Below, piece after piece: positions 17,997-26,568 of a DNA stretch of 64,000 nucleotides. The first letter of the stretch is position 1. Each line of letters opens with the position of its first letter. The notes under the pieces are model-generated. The model saw only the letters and a program-made list of their open reading frames with translations, was not told the origin of the DNA and ran no database searches. This stretch comes from a virus. Location of the stretch: positions 1-64,000 of IMG/VR virus record IMGVR_UViG_3300028920_000045; one strand, given 5' to 3'. The position numbers and the translations under genes were made by a program.

Positions 17997-19057
17997 CCCT
18001 CACTCTCCCAGACACCGGGGTCCTCTCCTTCGAGGACCTGATCGACCGGGCGACACCGGAGCAGCTCCGGGTGGTCAAGACCATCCTCGGAGAGCACCTC
18101 GCCGTGGTCGATGCGAAGAGGGCTCCGACGACGTTCCTGGGGATCGAGAAGGAACTGGAGGAGGCTCTCTCCGACAAGTGGGACAAGACGGGGAAAGCTG
18201 CCGTCGACAAGGGCGTCAAGACCCTCCGGGACTATGAGGAGGGGAAGATCACTCAAGCCCGGATGGACAAGGTCCTCGCGGACCTTGAGGCTGCGATGGG
18301 AGTCAAGTACGGGACGTCCACTCTCCCGGACTTCCGTCGGGCCGTCCTCCAGACCTGGAGACTCTCGTCGAAGGCCGAGGCCCAGAAAGCCGGGGTCCGG
18401 TGGACGACCAAGCTGGTCGACGAGACAGCGGTCAAGACCCTCTCCGAGAATCACACGTACTGGATCGGGAAGTTCTACGGGGACAGTCTCTCGGACGGGA
18501 TCAGGTTTGCGACGAGGAAGGTGATCGTCGAGGAGGGACTGGCAGGAAAGGACGCCGCCGCCCGGTTCCGACGAGTGGCCGACTCGTTCCTCAAGGGGAA
18601 GGGGTACACGAAATTCCCCGAGGCACCTCCTCCGACCTGGAACGGTACGCCCGACGACTACTTTGCCGGTCTGGGGAATCATGTCGGGACACAGGCCCGA
18701 GTCTTCGGACGGATCGAGACGTTCGGACGACTCGACCTCAAGACGTACCGGATCGTCGCCGTCCTGGACCGGAGGACGTCGAGGGTCTGTCGTCTCATGC
18801 ACGGACAGACCTTCACCGTCGAGCAGGCTCAACCGACTCTCGACGCCTGGACCAGCACCGACCCGGAGACGGTCAAGGACAAGGCAGGATGGATGCGGAT
18901 CGAAGACCTAACCGAGCTGGCCGGGTTGACGTACGACAAGGACACCGTCCTCACCTCACCGAAGATCTCGTCGTCCGGTCTGTCCGATCTCGCTTCTGCT
19001 GGTCAGGCCCTTCCCCCGTACCACTTCCGTTGCAGGACGGACGTGGTCAGCGCATAG
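17993..19057 (+). CDS. Head morphogenesis protein (Mu gpF / SPP1 gp7 family)
   Basis: AVLDRRTSRVCRLMHGQTF and C-terminal PPYHFRCRT. Confidence 0.92.
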   Translation: MTLTLPDTGVLSFEDLIDRATPEQLRVVKTILGEHLAVVDAKRAPTTFLGIEKELEEALSDKWDKTGKAAVDKGVKTLRDYEEGKITQARMDKVLADLEAAMGVKYGTSTLPDFRRAVLQTWRLSSKAEAQKAGVRWTTKLVDETAVKTLSENHTYWIGKFYGDSLSDGIRFATRKVIVEEGLAGKDAAARFRRVADSFLKGKGYTKFPEAPPPTWNGTPDDYFAGLGNHVGTQARVFGRIETFGRLDLKTYRIVAVLDRRTSRVCRLMHGQTFTVEQAQPTLDAWTSTDPETVKDKAGWMRIEDLTELAGLTYDKDTVLTSPKISSSGLSDLASAGQALPPYHFRCRTDVVSA

Positions 19058-19067
19058 GAGACGGGGA

Positions 19068-19751
19068 ATGAAGATCAAGGACATTTCGCCCGAGTCCCTG
19101 GAGGGAGTCCCCGACGAGGAACTCCTCTCTCTTCACCTCCGGACGCATCAGCTCTACGGTGCGAACTTCGGTCCGGACGCACCTCCGGACCGGGGGTACC
19201 GGGACGACGAGGGCAACACGGCCGTCGACGGTCTCCTCGTCGGGAACGAGATTGCCCGGAAGATCTGGAAGGACGATCTCGACGAGGTCACCTTCGAGAA
19301 GAAACCGGGGAACGTGGCCCGAGGTCTCTTCCTCGTCTCGCTAAAGTTCACGTACGGGATCATCCGTCTCGGTCTGCCGAAGGAGGGGACCCTCAAGTAT
19401 CCGGTCGAGTACTTCCGACCGTTCAAGGTCCCCCTCCCGTACAAGGCAGCGTCGACGGGTGGGTTCCTGGCCCAGAAGGTCGAGGTCACCTCGGACGAGG
19501 GTCCGCTCTCCCTGGAGACCCTGGTCAACGCTCACCTCTTCATTCTCGACGAGATGGACAAGAGGAACCTCAAGCACCGATGGGCGTCCGAACTCGACGA
19601 CGAGGGGGTCCCCACCGTCGAGAAGGAGGCCGGTCTCTTCGGTCGGGAGGATGCCTACTCCTCGGCCGGTCTGGAGTACTGGGAGGACGACGTCGTCGAC
19701 GACGACGGTGGAGAGGAGGGGGACGGTGTATCGACTTCGCAAGAGGGTTGA
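19068..19751 (+). CDS. Hypothetical head-module protein
   Basis: His motifs LLSLHLRTHQLY and NAHLFILDEMDKRNLKH flanking a beta-rich insert. Confidence 0.75.
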   Translation: MKIKDISPESLEGVPDEELLSLHLRTHQLYGANFGPDAPPDRGYRDDEGNTAVDGLLVGNEIARKIWKDDLDEVTFEKKPGNVARGLFLVSLKFTYGIIRLGLPKEGTLKYPVEYFRPFKVPLPYKAASTGGFLAQKVEVTSDEGPLSLETLVNAHLFILDEMDKRNLKHRWASELDDEGVPTVEKEAGLFGREDAYSSAGLEYWEDDVVDDDGGEEGDGVSTSQEG

Positions 19752-20094
19752 GATCGACTCGTCCCACTACCTCCCCGCTCACCCCGGGAAGTGCCGTCGT
19801 CTTCACGGACACCGATGGGTCTTCGAGGTCGAGGTCACGGCCGAGGACGTCGACGAGACGACCGGGATGGTCGTCGACTTCGGTGACCTGGCCGCACCGA
19901 TCAAGGCCCTCGACCATCGGGTGATCAACGAACTCGATCCGTTCACCCGAATCCCTCCGACGGCCGAGAACCTGGCGAAGTGGGCCGTCGAGGAGGTCTG
20001 GGGTCTGGCACCGACCGCCCTGTCGGTCACGGTCACCGTCTGGGAGACGCCGAGTTCGTCGGTCTCCTGGACGAAGAGGAGAGACGACCGGTGA
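19726..20094 (+). CDS. queD: 6-carboxy-5,6,7,8-tetrahydropterin synthase
   Basis: SHYL, GKCRRLHGHRW, GMVVDFGDL, LDHRVIN, PTAENLA, VWETPSS. Confidence 0.96.
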   Translation: MYRLRKRVEIDSSHYLPAHPGKCRRLHGHRWVFEVEVTAEDVDETTGMVVDFGDLAAPIKALDHRVINELDPFTRIPPTAENLAKWAVEEVWGLAPTALSVTVTVWETPSSSVSWTKRRDDR

Positions 20095-20690
20095 CGTACT
20101 CGGTCTCGGAGGTCTTCTATTCCCTCCAGGGAGAGGGAGTCCGAGCGGGAACCGCCGCCGTCTTCGTCCGGTTCGCCGGGTGTAACCTTCGCTGCACCCG
20201 TGAGGTCGACGGTTTCGATTGTGACACCGTCCACGACCAGAGCTGCCGACTCACGGTCCAGGCCCTCGTCGAGAAGGTCAAGGTCGTCGACCGTGGTCCG
20301 TGTCGGTGGGTCGTCTTCACCGGAGGAGAACCGGGGCTCCAGGTCGACGACGAACTCGTCCGAGCCCTCAAGTCCGAGGGGTACCGCCTCGCCATCGAAA
20401 CGAACGGGACGGTCGACCTCCCGTCCGGTCTCGACTGGGTCACGGTCTCACCGAAGCCGTCGGCTCCTCGACTCGTCGTCCGTCGGGCGAACGAAGTGAG
20501 GTTCGTCCTGGACGAGAGTCGGGTCCCTCACTGTGTCGACGAGATCGACGCCGATCACTACACGGTCTCCCCGGTCTTCGACGGGGACCAGTTCGATCCG
20601 GCAGCTCTGGTCTGGTGCGTTCGGTACTGCCTCCACGACCCACGGTTCCGACTGTCGGTCCAGCAGCACAAGTTTTGGGGTATCCAGTGA
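20091..20690 (+). CDS. queE: 7-carboxy-7-deazaguanine synthase (radical SAM)
   Basis: [21 protein letters not shown]...CDT, FTGGEP, IETNGT, VTVSPK, LSVQQHK. Confidence 0.96.
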   Translation: MTYSVSEVFYSLQGEGVRAGTAAVFVRFAGCNLRCTREVDGFDCDTVHDQSCRLTVQALVEKVKVVDRGPCRWVVFTGGEPGLQVDDELVRALKSEGYRLAIETNGTVDLPSGLDWVTVSPKPSAPRLVVRRANEVRFVLDESRVPHCVDEIDADHYTVSPVFDGDQFDPAALVWCVRYCLHDPRFRLSVQQHKFWGIQ

Positions 20691-21256
20691 AAGAAGAAGA
20701 CAGGAAGGAAGCCGAGGGTCTCGTCCGACGGATGATCGAACTCCTGGGGGACGACCCGGACCGACAGGGTCTCAAGGACACCCCGAGTCGAGTGGTCCGT
20801 TCCTGGGAGACCCTCTTCGGGGGGTACGACCAGGACCCGAAGACTCACGTCCGGACCTTCGACACCTCGTACGATCAAGTCGTGGTCGTGAAGGGGATCG
20901 ACTTCTTCTCGACGTGCGAGCACCACCTCTTGCCGTTCCACGGACACGTCGGGGTTGCGTACATCCCGAAGCCGAACGGTCGTGTCCTCGGTCTCTCGAA
21001 GGTGGTCCGGATCGTCGAGGTCTTCGCCCGTCGTCTCCAGATCCAGGAGCAAATGACCCAGCAGATCGCGGAGTCGATACAAGACGCGGTTGACCCTCTC
21101 GGTGTCGCCGTGGTCGTCGAAGGTCTGCACCTCTGTATGATGGCCCGGGGAGTGAAACAGGCCCACGCCTCCGCGACGACGTCGTGTCTCCTCGGACGTT
21201 TCCGGGAGAGTACTTCGGCCAGGGCCGAGGTCCTCTCTCTCCTCAAGGGAGGGTGA
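20687..21256 (+). CDS. folE: GTP cyclohydrolase I
   Basis: [46 protein letters not shown]. Confidence 0.97.
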   Translation: MKEEDRKEAEGLVRRMIELLGDDPDRQGLKDTPSRVVRSWETLFGGYDQDPKTHVRTFDTSYDQVVVVKGIDFFSTCEHHLLPFHGHVGVAYIPKPNGRVLGLSKVVRIVEVFARRLQIQEQMTQQIAESIQDAVDPLGVAVVVEGLHLCMMARGVKQAHASATTSCLLGRFRESTSARAEVLSLLKGG

Positions 21257-21260
21257 GAGA

Positions 21261-21920
21261 ATGAAGACGGTTGCGATTCTGTCCGGTGGTCTCGACTCGA
21301 CGGTCATGGTCTGGAAACTGATCGCGGACCGGCACAAGGTCAAGGCCCTCGGTTTCAATTACGGTCAACGACACGTCCGGGAACTCCTCCACGCCCGGGA
21401 GGTGGCAGCTCGTCTCGGGATCGAGTTCCGGGATGTCGACCTCACGTCGATCACCCCCCTCCTCGCCGGGAGCGCCCTCACGTCTCCCGAGGTCCCGGTC
21501 CCGGACGACGAGTACAAGGTCGAGACCCTCAAGGTCCTGGTCGTCCCGAATCGAAACATGATCATGCTCGCCGTCGCAACGGGGTGGGCGACGTCCCTCA
21601 AGTACGACTCGGTCTCGTACGCCGCCCACGCCGGGGACCATGAGGTCTATCCCGATTGTCGACCCGAGTTCACCGAGGCACTCGGGGAGGCGATCCGTCT
21701 CTCGGCCATGAGGGAGGTCAACCTCCTCCGTCCGTTCGTCGAGATGTCGAAGGCCGAGATCGTCCGACTGGGTCACGAACTCGGAGTCCCCTTCGAGCTG
21801 ACCTGGTCCTGCTACAAAGGAGACCAGGTCCACTGCGGGACCTGTCCGACGTGCGTGGAGAGGAAGCGGGCGTTCCGTGACGCCCAGGTCCCCGACCCGA
21901 CGGAGTACCTCGACGGATGA
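21261..21920 (+). CDS. queC: 7-cyano-7-deazaguanine (preQ0) synthase
   Basis: SGGLDST, YGQRH, VPNRNMIML, YPDCRPEF, TWSCY, CGTCPTCVERK. Confidence 0.97.
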   Translation: MKTVAILSGGLDSTVMVWKLIADRHKVKALGFNYGQRHVRELLHAREVAARLGIEFRDVDLTSITPLLAGSALTSPEVPVPDDEYKVETLKVLVVPNRNMIMLAVATGWATSLKYDSVSYAAHAGDHEVYPDCRPEFTEALGEAIRLSAMREVNLLRPFVEMSKAEIVRLGHELGVPFELTWSCYKGDQVHCGTCPTCVERKRAFRDAQVPDPTEYLDG

Positions 21921-22420
21921 TCCTCGTTCTCGGATACCTCTTGGCGGCGGTGCTCGCAAACCTCACCGTCGCCCACTTCGGACCGTCGTCGGTCTACGTC
22001 GTGGCCTTCGTCGCCATCGGTTTCGATCTCACCTGTCGGGACCTTCTCCACGAACGCTGGCAGGGACGGTCGTTCCTCCCGAAGATGTCGGCGTTGATCC
22101 TGGTCGGGTCGGTGATCTCATTCGTCCTCAACCGGGACGCCCTCCAGGTCGGACTCGCCTCGTTCTTCGCGTTCCTTCTGGCCGGGACTTCCGACTCGGT
22201 CGTGTACCATCGGCTCCGGTTCCGGTCTCGCTTTGTCCGGGTCAACGGATCGAACGTCGTGTCGTCCGGGGTTGACTCGCTGGTATTCCCGACGCTAGCC
22301 TTCTGGGGATTCGACCCGACCGTGACTCTGGGTCAGTTCTTCGGGAAGGTCCTCGGAGGTCTTGTCTGGGCCTGGATTCTGGGCAAGACGATCTGGAGAC
22401 CCCGAAGGGAGGACGACTAG
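21917..22420 (+). CDS. yhhQ: VUT/YhhQ-family preQ0/preQ1 transporter-like membrane protein
   Basis: Multi-TM; LTCRDLLHERW, RVNGSNVVSSGVDSLVFPTLAF, GQFFGKVLGG; adjacent to que genes. Confidence 0.85.
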   Translation: MILVLGYLLAAVLANLTVAHFGPSSVYVVAFVAIGFDLTCRDLLHERWQGRSFLPKMSALILVGSVISFVLNRDALQVGLASFFAFLLAGTSDSVVYHRLRFRSRFVRVNGSNVVSSGVDSLVFPTLAFWGFDPTVTLGQFFGKVLGGLVWAWILGKTIWRPRREDD

Positions 22421-22421
22421 G

Positions 22422-25400
22422 ATGGCCCTCTCGCACAAGGACTTCTTTTATTACGTCGAAATGAATCCGGCACACTGGAGGAGGTTCGCCCATATCCTCC
22501 AGGGCGAGGACGTCCTGATCTCCTTCATTCACCTCACGAAGAAGAAGGACCCCCGTCGGACCTTCACCGAGGAACTCAAGAAACACTCGGGGCGGGTCAT
22601 GATCGACTCGGGTGGGTTCTCCAATTTCACCCGACCCGGGACGGTCCGCTTCGACGAGTGGGCCGAGTACGTCAAGGACGCGAAGTCGTGGTGCGACGAG
22701 TACGTGACCTTCGACGACCTCGGGTCCAGGTCTCGGACCCTCAAGTTCTTCGCCAAGGCTCGGAAGCTCGGTCTCGACCCCCTCTTCGTCGACCACCTCT
22801 GGATGCGAACCCAGAGGACCGAGGTCGACGCGATCTGGAAGTCGGCCGACAAGCTCTGTCTCTCCGGGTTCGCCCGGACCCTCCCGACGCAGAAGCCGTT
22901 TCCCGGTGACCCGAAAGCCCGGGTACACGAGGCCTTCGAGAAGGGGCGAGAGCACAAGACCTCGACTCACCTCCTCGCCGTGTCCTCTCTCCGTCGGTTC
23001 CTGCCCTACCTGGATCGAGTTCACTCCGTCGACTCGGCGGGGTGGGCCAAGGGAGCGGCGTTCGGGGCCGTCCTGATCTTCGACCCCGAGGACCTCGGGG
23101 GAGGTCTCGTCGTCCCCCGGGTCCGGGCCTACCGGTACCCCGGAGGAACGTCGGAGACGAACGCCGTCCTCTCGGCTGACCAGAAGAGAGAGTCCTGGGA
23201 CTATCCTCTCCGGAAGTTCAAGGTCCCGACCCACTGGGCTTTGCCCCAGAGGGCGAAGGCCGTCTCTCTCTGGAACCTCAAGCGGTACATCAAAGCCGTT
23301 AAGAAGGTGGACCCCGACGACCTCCGGAAGAGGATCGCCCAGAGAGCCGAGGAGAAGAAGGTCTCGAAGTCGACGACGTACTTCTTCCTCGACGGGGACG
23401 ACTTCGACTTCGACGGGATGGAACCGGTCGAGAAGAAGAAGGCCGAAGCCGAGATCGACCGAGACGAGATCAAGGGTTATCTTGATCAGGCCGGGGACTT
23501 CGTCGTCGTTCCCGAGTTCGTCTCCCTGGTCGGGTCGATGGTCACGGGTGATCCCGAGACTCCTCCCCAGGATGTCGACCTCCTCGTCCGTGGTCTACAA
23601 CCCGACCCGAAGATCGAACTCAAGCTCGACCGGATCTTCCCCCCGGAGGTTCGTGAGCACGTCTCGATCATCTTCGATCCCCAGGGACCGAACTGGGACT
23701 CCCTCCCGTTGTACGACCTGGTCTGTCGTCGACGGACGGACGACCAGGTCAAGGCCGTCGACGAGCCGGGGTACAAGCCCTTCCCGTCTCGACATCCGGT
23801 CACGAAGGCCACGGTCAGGGTCGGTCGTCCGTTCACCCCCCTCAAGGCTCGGGGTGGATACCACCTCGGGGAGTTCTTCGACCTCGGTCCTCTCTGGGAC
23901 CTCTGGGTCGACCCGAACCTCAAGTCGGGGAAGTCCATCGCCGTCGAGCCGAAGTACGACGGGATCAGGTTCACGGTCCACAAGGACGGAGACAAGGTCT
24001 GGGTCTTCACCGAAGACGAGAAGAGAGACCGGGCCGAGATCCTGGTCGACGTCGTCGAGGAGGTCAAGGGACTCAAGCCCGACCGACTGATCCTCGACGG
24101 TGAGCTGGTGAAGTGGGAAAAGGGTCAACCTCTCGCCCGTCACGACATGATGGACCTCGTCGTCGGCAAGGACCCGATCAAGGGCGAGGACCTCCGACTC
24201 AACGTCTTCGACGTCGTCTGGGCCGACGACGAGTCACTCGTCGACTCGACCTGGGAGGACCGACAGAAGGCCCTGCGAACGGTCCTCCCGGAAGACGGGA
24301 AGCACCTCCGACGAGTCCGTCCTCGGGTCGTCTCGAATCGACGGGAGTTCACCGCCGCCCTCAAGTGGGCTCGGAACTTCGTCGGTTCCGAAGGGGCGAT
24401 GCTCAAGTTGACCGACTCCCCGTACGACCTCGACGGTCGCACCGGAGCCTGGGCCAAGCTCAAGGACGTATTCGAGATCAAGTGCGTCGTGATCGGTGTC
24501 CGCAAGAAGATGCCGACCGACCAGGAGGACCCGAAGTTCCGGTCGTCCCCCGGCCGGTGGACCTTCGAGGGGATCAAGGACCCGTCTGCCTACACGTACC
24601 GGTGCGCCGTCCGTGGTCGAGGAGGACAGCTCGTTCCCATCGAAGGGGAGAGGACGTACACCGACTCGGACCTCAAGGTCCGGTACGTCAAGGCCGGGGA
24701 CAAGGACCCGGTCACCGGACAGGTCGCCTCGACCTCGGGGTGGAAGGGTGTCGACGACCCGGCACTCTGGAAGATGGGTCGAGGGTTCAAGAGTCGAGGT
24801 GCGGGCGACCTGGAGTACGGGATCACGTACAACACGGGGACCGAGGCCGAGATCGGTGACGTGATCACGGTCTCCCCTGTCCTGGTCCGTGACTGGGTCG
24901 GTGAGGACGGTCGACGACACTACTCCTGGACGTTCCCTATCGTTCGGGAGGCAGACCCGACCCGGGAGAAGCCCGACACCGTCGAGGACCTCCGACGGAT
25001 CGCGGAGTCCTCGTCCGACCGTTCCCCCGAGAAGGAACCGAAGCCCGAAGAGGTCCAGGCGGCAGCTCTCTCGCCGTCGACCCTCCGACTCTCCTACCTC
25101 CAGAAACAGAAGAGGACGGACCTCGACCCGGACGAGACGAGCCGTGAAGAGTCGAGGGAACTCACCGAGGCTCTCACGGGTGATCCCTACCAGGTCGAGC
25201 AGAAGGGAGCGAAGTCGTACCCGTTCGTCTTCCAGTACCATTATCGAGGGTTCTGGTCGGACGAGGAGAGGGACCAGCTCCGGAAGGCACTGGTCCGGGC
25301 CAGAGCTGCCAGAGACCGAGGTGAGAAGGACGAGGCTAGGACTCTCCTCAAGGGACTCTGGCAGGAGTTCTCTCCGCTCCGTCTCAAGGCACCGGTTGAG

Positions 25401-26546
25401 GAGATCCGAGAAGCGGCGAACCGGGCCGACGACGCAGGGGAGGGGAACGTCTCCCCGACCGTCCGTCGGTTCCTCGACGACAAGGTCCCCGACCTCGACG
25501 AACTCGACGACGTCGAGAAGAAGATCGTCAACCTCGGGAACGTCCACGGCGATCTGCGAATGAAGTCTCCCGAGGGGAACTGGCTCGTCGGGTGGACACT
25601 CGATACCCCGAAGACGGCGGTCCAGACTCTCGGCGGGGAGGCCACTCCTCTCCTCCGGTCGATGGTCACCGACAACGAACCAGGGGACAACGTCGTCTCT
25701 CAACGGAAGCTCGTCCAGCCGGTGTCGTGGCTCAAGGTGGTCACGAAGGACAAGCCGGTTAAGAAGATCGGTCCGGGCGACGTCGGGTCGACCAGGGGGA
25801 CCTCGGCCGAGTACCATTACGTCGACTCCGGTGAGGTTGTCTTCGGAGCACAGAAGACGGACTTTCACGAGTACTTCTTCTTCCCGAAGTCGGGGAAGTG
25901 GGGAGGTCGGTGGGGCGTCCAGTTGATCGAGGGTCGCCCCGATTACGAACGAGTCCCCGGCGAGTTCTGGATCACGAACCGACCGGCCAAGACCCAGACG
26001 CCCTATATCCAGACCCACGACCGGAAGGTCGAGGAGGAGAAGGCGAAGAAGGACAAGGTCGACCTCGTCTGGAACGAGGACACGATCAAGGCCCTCCGGA
26101 GGAAGAAGTACCCCGACCTGGCCGACGTGAAGAAGTCGACCGGCACGGACGCGGACACCGACGAACGGCAGCGGGTGTCGATCTCGATCCCGATTGTCAA
26201 GGTGGCGAAGGAGGAGCGGTACATCATGGGGATCGTCATGATCCCCGAAGTCGCTGACGCCCACGGTGAGGTTACCTCTGCGGAGGAGATCAGACAGGCC
26301 GCTCACAAATTCCTTGCGCGGGGTCCGAAGATCGGCTATCAACATAGCGAGACCCCCGGAGGCTTGACCCTGCTGGAGAGTTACATTGCGCCGGTCGACT
26401 TCGCACTCGGTACCAGGAAGATCGTCAAGGGGACGTGGCTCATGGCCGTCCGGGTCGACAACGACAAGATCTGGAAGGAAGTCAAGGACGGGACGATCAC
26501 CGGTTTCAGTATCGAGGGGTACGCCCGCAAAGTGCCGGTGACCTGA
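22422..26546 (+). CDS. Multidomain protein: TGT/DpdA-like transglycosylase + nucleotidyltransferase-like + ATP-dependent DNA ligase + LigD phosphoesterase-like + XkdF-type prohead protease
   Basis: LISF/MIDSGGFS/HLLAV/SVDSAGW; VGS...DVDLLVR; EPKYDG/ILDGE/VFDVV/EGAMLK/WAKLK; FVFQYH...HGDLR...LVGWT; GIVMIPEVADAHGE/YQH/LESY/GTWLM/GFSIEG. Confidence 0.88.
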   Translation: MALSHKDFFYYVEMNPAHWRRFAHILQGEDVLISFIHLTKKKDPRRTFTEELKKHSGRVMIDSGGFSNFTRPGTVRFDEWAEYVKDAKSWCDEYVTFDDLGSRSRTLKFFAKARKLGLDPLFVDHLWMRTQRTEVDAIWKSADKLCLSGFARTLPTQKPFPGDPKARVHEAFEKGREHKTSTHLLAVSSLRRFLPYLDRVHSVDSAGWAKGAAFGAVLIFDPEDLGGGLVVPRVRAYRYPGGTSETNAVLSADQKRESWDYPLRKFKVPTHWALPQRAKAVSLWNLKRYIKAVKKVDPDDLRKRIAQRAEEKKVSKSTTYFFLDGDDFDFDGMEPVEKKKAEAEIDRDEIKGYLDQAGDFVVVPEFVSLVGSMVTGDPETPPQDVDLLVRGLQPDPKIELKLDRIFPPEVREHVSIIFDPQGPNWDSLPLYDLVCRRRTDDQVKAVDEPGYKPFPSRHPVTKATVRVGRPFTPLKARGGYHLGEFFDLGPLWDLWVDPNLKSGKSIAVEPKYDGIRFTVHKDGDKVWVFTEDEKRDRAEILVDVVEEVKGLKPDRLILDGELVKWEKGQPLARHDMMDLVVGKDPIKGEDLRLNVFDVVWADDESLVDSTWEDRQKALRTVLPEDGKHLRRVRPRVVSNRREFTAALKWARNFVGSEGAMLKLTDSPYDLDGRTGAWAKLKDVFEIKCVVIGVRKKMPTDQEDPKFRSSPGRWTFEGIKDPSAYTYRCAVRGRGGQLVPIEGERTYTDSDLKVRYVKAGDKDPVTGQVASTSGWKGVDDPALWKMGRGFKSRGAGDLEYGITYNTGTEAEIGDVITVSPVLVRDWVGEDGRRHYSWTFPIVREADPTREKPDTVEDLRRIAESSSDRSPEKEPKPEEVQAAALSPSTLRLSYLQKQKRTDLDPDETSREESRELTEALTGDPYQVEQKGAKSYPFVFQYHYRGFWSDEERDQLRKALVRARAARDRGEKDEARTLLKGLWQEFSPLRLKAPVEEIREAANRADDAGEGNVSPTVRRFLDDKVPDLDELDDVEKKIVNLGNVHGDLRMKSPEGNWLVGWTLDTPKTAVQTLGGEATPLLRSMVTDNEPGDNVVSQRKLVQPVSWLKVVTKDKPVKKIGPGDVGSTRGTSAEYHYVDSGEVVFGAQKTDFHEYFFFPKSGKWGGRWGVQLIEGRPDYERVPGEFWITNRPAKTQTPYIQTHDRKVEEEKAKKDKVDLVWNEDTIKALRRKKYPDLADVKKSTGTDADTDERQRVSISIPIVKVAKEERYIMGIVMIPEVADAHGEVTSAEEIRQAAHKFLARGPKIGYQHSETPGGLTLLESYIAPVDFALGTRKIVKGTWLMAVRVDNDKIWKEVKDGTITGFSIEGYARKVPVT

Positions 26547-26568
26547 TCTGGGGCAAAGGGATTCGAGC

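Noticed and set aside
19726-22420. Host queuosine operon marking a prophage boundary or chimeric assembly
   Set aside because: Genes overlap phage genes, share their codon bias and octamer, and lead into a TGT domain fused to the phage protease
22422-26546. Intein or intron as the cause of the long ORF
   Set aside because: No C/S...HN splice junctions or homing-endonuclease motifs recognised; each segment has its own enzyme motifs
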